A DNA stretch of 64,000 bases, taken from contig CM052848.1 of assembly GCA_028534125.1 (NCBI GenBank), positions 9,734,001 to 9,798,000 on the forward strand, in the 5' to 3' direction. Positions 1 through 12,487 of the stretch are shown here, piece by piece. The number at the start of each line of letters is the position of its first letter. The first letter of the stretch is position 1. Origin of the DNA: Lama glama. Taxonomy: Eukaryota. The notes under the pieces are model-generated. The model was not told the origin of the DNA, ran no database searches, and saw nothing but the letters and a program-made list of their open reading frames with translations. Position numbers and translations under genes: made by a program.

Positions 1-407
1 AACTGGAAACAATCTAACCATCCTCCAATGGGTGAAGACACAAAACAGCACATAATTCATTAAAAAGGAAGAAACTATTGGATACACATACATATATCCT
101 GGGGGATGAATCTCAGAGGCAAGAGGAGCCAGTCTGGAAGGATTCCATACATATGATTCCATTTATATGAGATTCTTGAAAAGATAAAATTATCGTGATG
201 GAGAACAAACAGGTGTTTGCCAGGGGCTGAGTCAGGAGGAGGGTGTGACTAGGGTGAGGCAGCACAGGGGTTTTTTGGATGGGATTGTTCTATGTCCTGA
301 TTGTGGAGGAGGTTATACAAATCCAAAGGTATGTTTAAATTCATGGAACTGTTCATACCGAAAAAGTCTATTGTCATGTATCTTAATTTTAAAACATATT
401 TTTAAAA
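1..407 (+). mobile_element. Old L1 (L1MC/L1ME-type) 3' end fragment
   Basis: Typical L1M 3' UTR motifs: aactggaaacaa, tatgattccatttatatga, gtttgccaggggctg, gttctatgtcctgattgtgg, and an A-rich end. Confidence 0.75.
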
Positions 408-723
408 TCATATTTCTTTTTTTTCACGTAAGATCAGTATTTTTACTCTACTGCTTGGCATTTTATATTTGAGTATTTTACGGTAATTTTAAATGGTCTA
501 CTAAAAAGTGCTAAGACATTTCAGTATATGACAAACCAATAGCACACCTAGAAAGATACAGAGGGTATATTTAATGGAAAAATGTTCCAAAGGTCAGTCT
601 TTTTGATCACCTCTTCCCTTTCCCAGAATCAGCCAGTTTTGCATGATAGAGCATGTACTCATACATAGCTAAAGGTCGTATTTCTTGATGGGGTAGTTTT
701 TTTAATCAAGAAAAAATACACAT

Positions 724-1150
724 TATGGCAGAAATTGTTATTGTCCCCTAGTCTCTTCTTTAGAATAACGAGTTTTCTCTGTGCGAGTGTTGAAAGGGCG
801 CACGGCTGCCCAGCTGGAGCCTGGTTTCAGCCTCCCTTGCAGCTAGAGGAGGCCCTGTTAACTAGGTTTTGGCTCGTGTGATATGAGTCCCCCCCTTGAA
901 AAAGAAGCTGAGTCCCCTGTCCTTCCTTATCTCCTCCTGGAGGTGGTGCTCATGAGCTGCTCTCAGCCACAAGCCTCAAGCCAGAGGACAGCCACCTGTT
1001 ACTGAAGCAGAGCAGGGCCAGCTGGGAACCTGGATGACCTCACGGAGTGGAGCCCGACCTTCTGCGCTGGACTGTTGAGGTGAGATAAAAAGACACTTTG
1101 AACTTGAGTAGGCAAAGGCATTTTCATGATTTCTTTGTCCGATCAGCTTC
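724..1150 (+). mobile_element. Ancient ERVL-type LTR (LTR16/LTR33-like), degenerate
   Basis: cagcctcccttgcagctag...actaggttttggc motif typical of LTR16/33; the family is uncertain. Confidence 0.5.
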
Positions 1151-1309
1151 ATGCCTGACTCCTTTTCGGCCCTTAGATTGCAATAACCCGCGCAGGAAAC
1201 ACCGCTATCTGGAGACTGCGCCACAGACGCACTATTCAGAGCCAGAGTAAACCCAGATTTGCAGCCATTGCCTGCTGAGGATACGGTTGTGTACCATCCC
1301 TGGTGAAAG

Positions 1310-1924
1310 TGTTACCCAACCAAGCTCGGGTCCGCTCGCCCGTGCACGGACACTGAGCTGTGGCGAAGGAAGTGCAGTGTTTATTGCGGGGCATCAAGCA
1401 AGGGGTCCAGGCAGCTAGTGCTTAAAAGACCCGAACTCCCTGAAGGCTTTCAGGGAAAGGTTTTTAAAGACAGGGTGGGGCAGGGGGTGGTGGGGTTCAT
1501 GATCAGCTCGTGGACATTCTTCTTTCTGGTCGGTGGTGAGGTCATCGGGCATCAACACCATCAACCTCCTGGTTCCAGCTGGTCTGCGGGCTCCGTGCTT
1601 GTGGGCAGCACACAGTTAACTTCTCCCACCTGGCGGGGGTTTCAGTGTCTGCAAAACGGCTCAAAGACATGGCTCAGAATATTATCTACGGCCTTTGAGG
1701 AGGAACTAAAGGTCCTTGACTTTGTTTAATGGCTAAATTATTATTATTTTGTCCTGCTTGACTGTTTTCCTTTCTTTCTGCATTTTCTCATTTCTCTGAT
1801 TAAATATAGTCTTTGGAACTCAGGGAAGCCTAGGAGACTAAAGTTTTTCTACAGACAAGAGGCAGATGGAGGACTTGGGGAAGGGTCTGTTCTAGGAAGT
1901 CCCCATACGTCCTACTCGGTTACA
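1310..1924 (-). mobile_element. ERV1-class solo LTR (cetartiodactyl-type), 615 bp
   Basis: Minus strand reads TGTAACC...GTAACA. A 4-bp TSD AAAG lies at 1306-1309 and 1925-1928. AATAAA on the minus strand at 1380-1385. Confidence 0.9.
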
Positions 1925-1940
1925 AAAGGAATGAGTACGA

Positions 1941-2175
1941 TATAATAGTTAAGGGCTCGGTCTTTGGAGCTGGGAAGCAATGGGTTCAAGTCCTAGCTCC
2001 GCTTCTTACCACCTGTGTAACCTTGGGCAGCTGTCTGAACTCCTCAGAAATTCCATTTCCTCTGCCCTAAAATGAGACTAAATAATAGCACCTTCCTCCT
2101 GGAGTTGTTGCGAGAATTAAATGTGATGATGGACGTAAAGGAACTGGCACATAACAAGTTTTCAGTCAATGTGGC
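1941..2175 (+). mobile_element. MIR SINE
   Basis: MIR core: gggttcaagtcctagctcc...tgtgtaaccttgggc...ttcctctgccctaaaatg...aataatagcacct. Confidence 0.85.
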
Positions 2176-2176
2176 T

Positions 2177-2325
2177 TGTTCATTCATTCATTCATACACT
2201 GCATGCCAATTAAGTGCCTGTTGTATGCCAAGCACTTTTCTAGGTACTGGGGGGCCTAATGACACAAAAAAACATCCTTGCTCTCCTGGAGCTTACCCTC
2301 CAACTGGGGACACAGACAATAACAC
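2177..2325 (-). mobile_element. L2 LINE 3' end
   Basis: (ttca)n tail followed by aagtgcctgttgtatgccaagcac...ctcctggagcttac. Confidence 0.8.
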
Positions 2326-2820
2326 AATGTTAAAATAATAATAGCACGGACCAAATCAAGATGGATGGAGAGGGACGTTGTTAGTAATAATAGTAGCTCT
2401 GACGTGCGTGGGGCTGTTTGGATCCAGTTTCCTCCCTCAGTTCTGCAGGTGGTGTGGAAAGCTGGGCAGGGTGGGTGAGAGCAGTGAGGACGTTCAAAGA
2501 CGTGTGCAGGAGAACCCAGGCAGTGCACAGCCGTGTGAGCTTTGGCAGGTGCTCTGCTCTGGGCAGTGTGTGGCTGCAGCCTTCACCTCCAGAGCCCATG
2601 ACTACAGGGCAGGAGGACCAGCCTGGAATTCTATGGACATGGGCAGGAGACCAAAATCTCTGGTACACCAACAAGGTTTCAGATCCTCTGGCCGCATCTT
2701 GGGAGCACAGGTGGCCTTCTTTGGGGACCAGCAGCAAACAGAGTCAGCTTTGCCTGACCTAATGGATGGCAGGCTGTTTTTCCTGAGATGAATTGCTCTG
2801 TCCATGGGCCAGGAACTAAA

Positions 2821-2996
2821 CAGCAGTTCTCAACCCTGCTTTTCATCAGAATCACTTCTAGAGCTTTAAAAAGCAACAGTACCCAAGCCCTCGCATTCCC
2901 AGACAGCCTGCTTCAGTGCAGCTCAGGGGTGGAGACCAGGCACTCTTGCAATGTTCCAGAGCGATGTAGAGGTGGCCTCCATGTTGGAAGACACTG
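2821..2996. mobile_element. MER5A-like hAT-Charlie MITE
   Basis: cagcagttctcaa...catcagaatcac...aagacactg termini. Confidence 0.7.
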
Positions 2997-3974
2997 GCCC
3001 TAGATCCAAATTTCATGCTTAAACCAAATCACAGACCCCTCCAGGCAGGAATGGTCCAGATGCTGTCTCTGTAGGGCCATCTCGTTACTCTCCTCCCCAG
3101 CCGTTCAGAGAAGGGTGACCACGATGGGGAAGGAAGTAGGAACATTCCCGAGGGAGAAGCGGGCAGCCTCCCAGCGGGGCAGAGTTCATCAGTCACGCTC
3201 TCCTCGTGGCCCGGGCTGCTCTCTTCACCTCTCCAAGGTCCAGCCAAACTGCAGGCTCTGCGTTCCACACCTCCTCTCTGGCAACAGCAGCCCCTTTGCA
3301 GTTTAGCCCCTCTCATTAGTAACTAGGTTTTACAGCTTATAAAGAATCACTGCATATGTTCTGTTATTTAATATGTTGGCGCCCTATGAGACAAACGCTA
3401 TAACCATTTTATGAAGGGAGAAGCCACGAATTTCAATATTAAGTGGTTTGCAAAGGCCCTTTAATCTGTAACTGGCCTAAGAGGATGCATTGGTGTAGGT
3501 CAGCCCTCCGCTGGCGTCCACACTTCGGTCTAGTACACACATTTGTTTACAAGCCTTTAGCCCTTGGTCCTTATATCCTGAGTGCCTGGCACTGAGGTGT
3601 TTGTTGAATGAATGAAGTGGGCTGAAAAGATGAGGGCGCACTTCTTCTAGAATTGGTTAGTGATCTTAGGAAACCGTAGAAGGGACAGGTTTTGCCTTCT
3701 CAGCTCAGAGGGTGGGTGACGAGGACGTGTTCACGCTCCCCGCCCTGAGGAATGGAAAGCAATTTGGCACATGCTGAACAGAAGCTTTCAAAAGAGTCAA
3801 TTCGGCAATTACACTTCTAGGAATTTTTGCCAAGGGAATCATCAGAGATTTATGCCAACATGTCTATACAGGTTGCTAAAAACACGGCTGTTAATCAGAG
3901 TGAGGATTGGAAGGACCATAACTAGCCACAGTGTTTGCTATTTAAATCCATTAAACGTGGCGGTGGAGAGACGC

Positions 3975-4190
3975 CGCTGCAGAGTGACCCGGGACCCGGA
4001 TCCTGCAGCCAGACCGCCCGGGCTCCCTCCTGGTCCTGCCACCGACCCGCTGTGCGACCCTGGACAAGTGCTTGATGTTTCTGTGCCTCTGTATCCTCCC
4101 TGTGAAGTGGAACGTGCTAGGCCTTTAATGCAGGGTAGCTACTTCAGTTGTTTCCCTCCCACGGAAAATCCTATTGTAGGAGGTTAATGG
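3975..4190 (+). mobile_element. MIR SINE (unusually CpG-rich)
   Basis: gctgtgcgaccctggacaagtgcttgatgtttctgtgcctctgtatcctccctgtgaagtgg matches the MIR core. Confidence 0.7.
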
Positions 4191-5689
4191 CATGAGAAAT
4201 TTTTTCACAAACATGTTATTCATTTTTCTAAAACAAGATACAAAAGTGAATGTTTAGCACAAGCCTAATTTGAATTCTAAAATGTAGCTTTTAGAACTAG
4301 AGGAATATGCGTGGTAGCCAACAAAGGTTCTCTCCAGGCAGCAGAGGTACAAGGGGCTTTTCTTTGCGTGCTTTTCTGTGTTTTCCATTTTCTGCAATGA
4401 ACAGTTTCTGGCCACATTCATACTGAAATGATAAGGTGGGTGGCACGGTGACCGCAGGGAACCTTGAGCTGGGAAGGGTGCCCGGGTGCCAGTCCCTGCT
4501 CCCCCAGTAGCTGTGGGTCCAGGGGGCCCCCCTTTCACTCGTGGAATGAAGGCGGGGTGGGGGGCAGAGGCTGGCTTCCTGAAGCCCCTCCAGCCCTGAG
4601 CTCCTCTGAAGGGCATGGTTCCTACGCAGAGACATGCCAGCTGCTTGCTCGAGAGGCAGCATAGAGAGCATGCTGGGGAAAAAAGTTATCTTTAATTAAA
4701 CGACATGAAACCAGTCTCCTCATGAGGCTGCGAGGAGCCACCCACCCTCCCCTAAGAGAGTTCATGATTGACCGCTGAAGCCTTCCATGAAGGCTGATTT
4801 CAGGAGCTTGTCGGATGGTTCCAATGCCTGACTCATCTCGAGGTTGGCATGAGGTCAGTGCCTCTTCTCGCTCAAGTGGAGGTTCTTCTGCTGCTTGGGT
4901 GATGTCATGAAGAGTGGTATCCGAGTGTATTCTGGGCATGTTGCCTGCTATGTCTGGAGGCTCTGGTTCCTCGTTAAATTTTCTGTTCCTCTGTGCATTT
5001 AGTATGGGGTCCTGGCCTGCTTATAAGGGCTGTGTTTCCAATGACAGATTTTTCTGAGCACTTGGGGTATTATTTTGGTGCTTGATTTCGCAGGTGCTGC
5101 TGGGGATCCCATAGTCCCTGCTGGGTCCCTAAGGGGCAGAGTGTCTCTGGGTGAAGGATGGAGTCTGAGGCCTGTGGGGACAAAGAGGCTTCCTTGGTTG
5201 TGGTGGGACCACCTTGCCAATGTCCCCCAGGGCACCCCCATCTCTCCGTGGGCAAGCAGAGTCCCGGGGCCTGGTGGGGGAGGGGAACAGGCAGTGAAGA
5301 AGGAGAGATTCTCAGGAGGATGCTGCAGGCTGACCTGCGGGCAGCCAGCAGGTGTGAGGCTCACGGCACTCATTTAGAAGTATTGGCAGCAAACTGAGTA
5401 GGTGGCCGCTTCTTAAGATGCCGCTGGCCGAGATGGTGGGCAGGAGCTTCCTGGGGTTTCTCGGGACTCTTACAGCTTCCAGGCAAGCTCCCGGAAGCTC
5501 TGGCTACTCAGCTGCAGGCTGGGATCTTCTGCTCTGTGCTCCTGCAGCTCTTCCAGTGGCTGCGGAAGACCCAGTGCTGCGTTGAAACTCTTCATTTTGA
5601 AGCTGTGGCCTCTGCTCTCCTGAACTGTGGAGCCACTGGTTCCCCTCACCACGTGTTTCTGTTTTTCTTCCCCCTGGGCTCGATGAAAG

Positions 5690-5930
5690 ACTAGACGGCT
5701 GTGCATCTAGTTGAGTGGGTTGACCACTCAAATGCGAGGGCAAGTGACACATGCCCTTACTAGGAAGAGGCTCGAAGAGCCAGTGCACTGTTAACTATGT
5801 TCCCTTCCCTCTACGCTCTGGTGGAGGCCCAGTCATCAGACCTCCACTGCTGACCGTCACTGGACACGAGTGAGAAGTACATGGGCGTGAGTTCGTTACA
5901 GCAGCATAACCTTGCCCATCCCGACTGATA
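5690..5930 (+). mobile_element. MLT1-type MaLR LTR, 3' part
   Basis: Ends in gttacagcagcataaccttgcccatcccgactgataca, the MLT1 3' terminus. Confidence 0.6.
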
Positions 5931-6366
5931 CAGAAACAATAAACATGGAGTTGAGCAAACATTTCACTTCACCATATGGATTACACGGTTTGAAGGTGGC
6001 ATATAATTTCCAACTATGACCTGAATGAGAAAACCAAAACGGAGTCCATACATCTGCTAAACACAAGAGCCACCAAAACAAAAACAGCACAGGTCCTCAA
6101 CTGTCTACATTTGGAAGGCTTGAAGTTTCAGATTTGTGAATCTTTTTTCTCCCTTCTTTCCAAAAGTATTTCTGGAGCAACACCTAAGGGTCAAGTCAGG
6201 GGTGGACGTGAAGAGTAGAAAGACAAATATGATACAACTTCTGTTCTCCAAGAGCTTGTCATCCAGCTCTGCAGATGATCTGCCACTGAGTGAGCCACGC
6301 GTGATACATGGGAAGGAATAGTACTCACCCATTTCTCCCGCATCTGCCTTGCACCAGCTCTGTGTG

Positions 6367-6543
6367 CATTTAGTCCTCACCCCAGGCCCTCTAACTGGGA
6401 GTTATGATCCCAGCATTGGACTTGAGGGAATCAGGGCTCAGAGAGGACAAGTAACTCATCTAAGATTGCCCAGTTGGTGAGTGGCAGAGCCAGGATTCAA
6501 GCACAGATTAGCATCTCTCCCAAGCCGAAGCTCTTTTCAACAC
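6367..6543 (-). mobile_element. MIR SINE
   Basis: gggctcagagaggacaagtaact...gtggcagagccaggattcaa is the reverse MIR core. Confidence 0.8.
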
Positions 6544-8339
6544 TCAGGGCATGGTAAGTGTTAGCACAGAGTCAGGACCCTGGAGCCGAGGGAACTGAGG
6601 CTGGGCTCACTGCCGTTCTCCTGTGGTTTGGGGATGAACAGACCCAAACACTCTGTCCTCAGACCAGCTACAAAAAGCCTTAGTACAAGAGAAAAGCAGT
6701 TCTCCTTAGGATTCCCAGAGGTCCCCTGCCCTTCAGTGATGGGTGCCTAGGACACCAGCTCTTCCAGTGGGTCAGAGTGAATCCAGCAGGAAGGGAGGCT
6801 GTGGCGAGTGGGCACTACCTGAGAGTTACTCCTCCACCAGACTTGCTCCGGCAGCACAGGTCTGCCTTCAATTCACAGAAATTCCAAATGAAAGTGCCCT
6901 TCCAGCACGCAAGGAAGGAAGCATGCATGTCCTTCAGTCACCCCACAATAAGACCCTAGGAAGCTTCCAGAAGCAAAAAGAGAACTGGAAGCCACATCTC
7001 TGATGAGTCCTGAGCCCATAGGGCGTGTTGCATATATGTAAGCTGAATGCTGGCCAGTAGGAGGAGAGCCCGGAGGCTGAGAACAGAGGGAGGAACCTCT
7101 GGCTGCTGGGAGGTAGGATCAGGGAGCCTGTGACACCAGACGCGTCCCGCAGCCCACACTTCTGAGAAAGCCAGAAGGACACCTTGTCAGCATCATGCCT
7201 CCTAGTGCCTAGGGCAGTCCGGGCAGGTTATCATCCTCATTTTGCAACCGAGGAAAGGTCACCTAGACCAATTAAGTGGCCTGCCTAGTCTAAGGCAGAG
7301 CTCTTGCCTCTGACCCCAGAGAAGGCCCCTCAGGCTTGAACCAGGGACCTGAGCTTCAAAGCAAGTTTTCCATGATGGTTCAGACAAAGATGGAGGGTCC
7401 TGTGCTGGGCTTCTGGGCTCTCCTGGGTCATCCACTAACATTTAGGTTAAGAATCAGAAATGAGCATCCATTTCCCCAGTGAGAGTGCCACCAGACCCAT
7501 AGCTGCCCATTATTCAAGTCCTTGGGATCAATTAGTGAGTTGTAATGCCCAGTTTTACAAAACCCAGACTCTAAGGCTCATTGAAGACCAAAGGACGAGT
7601 GTCCATTGTGGAAAAACCTACTTACACCTAGCTTGCAAGCAACTATCAGGGTCCTTTGCAATGCAAAGTCACTCTTTCAGATACTTCCATGATTCTTGCA
7701 GCATGATTCCAATGCGGATGGATTTGCTTAGCGATGCAATCGTGTTTGCTTTTCTTTTCCTAGAGATTTCTCCAGAGATAGTTGGCAGCCTCTTTTATTC
7801 AAAGGTTGTCTGTTGATTTTAAAACAAAGCAAAATAAACAGATGAAAAACAAAACCTAGTTTGTTAACACTCAGTAATCCCCAACCACCAATCCAAGAGT
7901 AGCCTCCGTTTATTTTACTTGTTTGGTTTTATGATTTTTCCATTTTTACTATGTCCTGTGAATATAAAATGGGCTGGAGTTTTAACAAGACACCAGTTTC
8001 AAGTGAATAATATTGGTGTGAAGTTAAACTGCATGTTTGTTTGTATTTTCACTTTATTTTTCTAATATTTCTCACAGAGCCATATGGGCTACGTTTATCA
8101 CCTAGTCTGTCCTTTGTCTCTGATTTTCTGATTCATAATCAGCAAGCTCTGAAAGAGAAGAGAAGAAGGAGGAATTGTCAAGTTATAAGAATCATTTCAC
8201 TCGAGTCTATTTTAATTTAGTTGAGTATCATCCTTTCCAGCTTTCTCAGACATTCTTATCTGGGAATTATAAGAAAGGACTAAATGGAGTAGAGTTTTAT
8301 ATTTGTAGAATACATGTATGTGCTAGGCATTCCAGCAAT

Positions 8340-8715
8340 AAAAATGCTTTCAACTGCAATAATAAACTCGACTCTAAATGGCATAAACAATAAAGGTTTA
8401 CTGTCTCACATCACAGAAGTCCCAAGGTAGGATAATTCCAAGTTGGCGAACTCAGCAACTCAGTGACATCAAAGCCGTCCTCCCTCTTTGCCATCCTCAG
8501 GCTTCCCATCACCATCACCATGTGACTGACTGGTTCTCAAGATGACAACGCCCAACAAAAGAAGAGATAGACTCTTCCTCCGCATCTCTTCCTATGAATG
8601 AGGAAACCCCTCCCTGAATATCCCCAGTAGATATTCCCTGACATCACTTCAACCACAGTCTACCTCCAAGCCTAAACCCACCACCAGAAAGGGGAGTGGG
8701 ACTAGCCAGTTATCT
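8340..8715 (-). mobile_element. Old MLT1-type LTR (degenerate)
   Basis: gctttcaactgcaa...aaatggcataaacaataaaggtttactgtctcacatcacagaagtcc is a reverse MLT1 3' end. Confidence 0.6.
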
Positions 8716-8809
8716 TGGGGATGATCCTGACCTCCTAAAGTTGAAAGATTATCTGAGCTAAACCAAGAGGAAGAAGAAAGGATGTGCGTGAACACTCTGA
8801 AGGTAGCGC

Positions 8810-8960
8810 TACACATAACTGATTTCATTTAGTCCCCTAAACGATCTCATGAGGTAGCTGTTGTTGTCCTTACTTTAGAGATGGGAAACAAAAGCCTAGA
8901 AATTTCAAATCATTTACCTGATTATCCACACGTAGAATGTAATAGAGCCAGAACTCAAGA
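8810..8960 (-). mobile_element. MIR SINE
   Basis: tcatttagtcc...atgaggtagctgttgttgtccttactttagagatgggaaaca. Confidence 0.65.
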
Positions 8961-10403
8961 ATTGTCTTCCCAGTGAATTCAAACTCAGCTGGAACCACTT
9001 AAGATTCCAGCTTAGAGGTTACAGTGATTCTCTGTTCTTGATAATTAAGGCAAAGTTAGGCACTCGGTAGATAAAAGCTGGTGGCACAAAACCTACAGAA
9101 TTTTACAGGTGGTTTTGAGCACCCACTCTGTATGAGGCATCAAACTGGGAGCAGTTTTTTTCATCTTAAATGGTCTTTACTTTTATTATCATAAAATGTA
9201 GCTTTGTTGGTTCTAGTGTAATGTTCCAGCCTGATCTTTCATCCACCATTGACTAACGCCCCATTGCCTCCAGGGATTTTTGGAGGCGCTAGGGATAGAC
9301 AGATAAGAAGCTCACAGCCTTGTGGGGAAGTGGACACACAGACAAGGAATTATAAACCTAGTGTGACTATACATGAAGTAGGTTATGCAAAGTGTGATAG
9401 TGATTGTGACAATGACCAATAATTGACTAATTATAAGATTATGAAGAACGCTGTGGTTGTCTTGAGAGTAGTGAAACAGCATCCCACCCCACCCCACCCC
9501 GGTCCCACATCCCAGCCCTTAAATTCCCTTTGGAATTGTATCACGTCAGTGACTGTGAGCGCAGAGTCCCATTTTAAAGCAGACACAACTGTTAGTGGTT
9601 GATTTGATCAGGCTTGAGACACAGGCTGGGTGAGAATCAGGCACAAACTGATGAAATTACACTGAGCAACTTAATTTTCACTTTATTCTGTGTGGAGCAG
9701 ACGCCACTCAGCACGAGTGATGATTTCAACCTGCAGAAGAAAGAGGTGGTTTGTAGAGGGGCTGAGAAGGGGGTAAGATAAGGGATGGCCAGACAAGGGC
9801 CACTAAAGGGCCAGGGGACCTTGGGAGTAAGAGTGGTTTTCAAAAACTTGTTTTTCAAAGAAATGGTGTTTCAAGTGGCGGACATCAAAATTTATCCCAA
9901 CTCTCTGGGCTTTGGCGCTCTCAGTGCTTGTGTTTGAGTGAACATTTATGTGGTCCAAACCTGTAAGGCTTCCAAGCAATGAGGAGACTCACTGCTGCAC
10001 GGCGTTCAGAGTGTCGTGGGTGGCACGTTTCACTGTCTGACCATTCGGTTCGCCTCGTCAGCAGGAGGGGCGTGCGGCTGGGTCAGCGTCTTGTCAAACA
10101 AGGGCCTGAAAAATGAAAACACGGAAACTGTGAGCCAGGTTTTGGTGGTGGTGGTGTTTGTTTATACGCGTGACTGAAATACCTGGCTGCTTTCTGAGCA
10201 AATGACTCATCGTCTTGGCGATGGACTCAGCCCAGGAAGGTTCCAAAGGGCGGCTGGAGTGGGGTTCCTGTCTCGTTTTTAGGACTGCGCGATGGCAGTG
10301 TACAGCCAGCGGGTTAACAAGAGTGAAGAAGTCAGGAGAGAGGTGAAAATACATGATGCTCAGAGTAAATGGGACAAAGAATCCCCTTGATAGAGCTAAG
10401 AGG

Positions 10404-10762
10404 TTTATTTATTTTCATTGAAGGATATTTGATTTATAGTATTGTGTTGGTTTCAGGTGTGACCACAAAGTGGTTTGGTTATACATATGTATGTGTGTGT
10501 CTATATACTCTTTTTTCTATTCTTTTTTGTTACAGTTTATTACAAGATATTGTTTATAGTTCCCTGTGCTGTACAGTAAATCCTTGTTGTTCATCTGTTT
10601 TGTACATTGTAGTGTGCATCTGGCAATCCCCCGCTCCCAGTATACCCCTCCCCCCACCTTCCCCTTTGGTAACCATAAGTTTATTTTCTACGTCTGTGAG
10701 TCTGTTTCTGTTTTGTAAATAGGTTCATTTGTAGTATTTTTTAAATTCCGCATATAAGTGAT
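10404..10762 (-). mobile_element. Cetartiodactyl L1 3' end, 5'-truncated
   Basis: ttattacaagatattg...agttccctgtgctgtacagtaaatccttgttg...cccctttggtaaccataagt; paralogous to the copies at 35.7, 41.4 and 44.0 kb. Confidence 0.9.
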
Positions 10763-11821
10763 AAAAAGATTTATTTTTTAAACGGTGACTTTCCGTTCCT
10801 TTTTTTCCTAGAACTTACAAGAAATGCATTTAGATAATGTATTTTTTTTATATAATCCAATTATACATGCACAGATAAATAAGGCAAGTTTCATAAAATG
10901 ACACTGACTTCCCTGGGAGCCCTGACGATTTTCATTGTTTACTTACATTTCACTCAGAGAAATGATGCAGTGGCTCACTCAAGGGTTGGTACTCGTGATT
11001 GAAAGAATGCAGATTTTAGATCTCCGGATTGGTGTTCTTGGGTACCGTGGAGTGTTCCAGGGGTTGTAGAGACAGCTGCCGGCATGTTGCTGTTCTAGGT
11101 CAGAACCCATGAGATTGAATAAGTGACACTTTTTCTGCAGGCTTTCGCCTGCACCTGTGTTCCTCGGAAGGCATAAGGTAGAAATGGTCACCTAGGGATG
11201 GCCTCACTTGGGAGGAGAAACTATTATATTATATTTACACTATTATATTTCTCTGAAGGAGACTGAAGTTAGATTTGCCATGCTTAGGATTTAAAGATTT
11301 CTGAAATAAATTTAAGAAACAAAGTTCAAAATCCATATACAGCTTGGATAAAATTCTCTCTGAAACCTTTTTTAAAACCCTTTTCTTCCTTGTGTGGTTC
11401 AGAAAGAGTGGCAGACAAAGGGTCAGAGGCAGTTACGTGGTAACTAGGGAACTAGAACGAGGTTCCAGGAATAAAAGGCAATGTTGCAGCTGTATTTTCT
11501 CCTACACAGTCAGAGGCTTTATCCTCCAATTAGCCAAGGGGGCTGCATAGAGGAAGGGCTGCCAGGGCAGAATCTCAAAATGCTGGCCTCGAGCCGGTAA
11601 GTCTTATTTTATTGCCGCCTCATGGGGACATGTTCGTGTACCCCAAAGAGCTTGATGCCTCAAGACTGGTTTTCAGGCTGGAGCTCACATCCCTGCTCTA
11701 CTGTTTATTAGCCTTGTGATTGGCTGGTTCCTGGAAAGAAGACACTGAGACCTGGGTTTGAGCGCAACAACTGATGGGAAAGCGGGACAGGTTAGGGAAG
11801 GAAACCAAAGGAAGGTGGGAC

Positions 11822-12487
11822 TTTTTTTTCTTTTTTTTTTTTAATTGTAGTAAAATGTTCATAACATAAAATTTACCCTTTTTGAGTGTACGATTCAGTG
11901 GTAGTAAGTGCATTCACGCTGTTGTGCAACCATTACCCCTACCTGTTTCCACAGCTTTTTCTGTCCCACGCTGAAATTCTGCACCTAGAAACGGTCATCT
12001 CCCACTCCCTCCTCCCCTGACCCCCGAGTAACCACTGTTCGGCTTTTTGTCTCTGTAAGTTTACTGTGGAATCATACAGTATTCGTCCTTTTGTGTTTAA
12101 TTATTTCATCTTAGCATAAATGCAAGGCTCACCTAAGTTGTAGTGTGGGTCAGGATTTCCTTCCTTTTAAAGGCTGAATAATATTTGATTGTATGTATGG
12201 TCCACATTTCATCCATCTGTCCATCATCCATCCATCAAAGGACATTTGGGTTGCTTCTGTGATTTAGCTGGAATAATGCTGCTGTGAACTGGATGTGCAG
12301 TATCTGAGTGTCTGCTTCCACCCCTTTTGGCAACATTCCCCCAAAGTGGGATTGCTGGATCATGTGGTTCATTCTGGGTGTAACTTTTTGAGGAACCACC
12401 ATACTGTTTTCTGCAGTGGCTGCACCATCTGACATCCCCATGAACACGGCACAAGTGATCCAGTTTCTCTACACTCTTGCTGACACT
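11822..12487 (-). mobile_element. L1MA/L1MB 3' end
   Basis: Poly-T tail followed by cataacataaaatttacc...ggaatcatacagtat...gggattgctggatcat...gaggaaccaccatactgtttt. Confidence 0.9.

Noticed and set aside
5710-5730. Hairpin TTGAGTGG-gttga-CCACTCAA
   Set aside because: An 8-bp stem is expected by chance in 64 kb.
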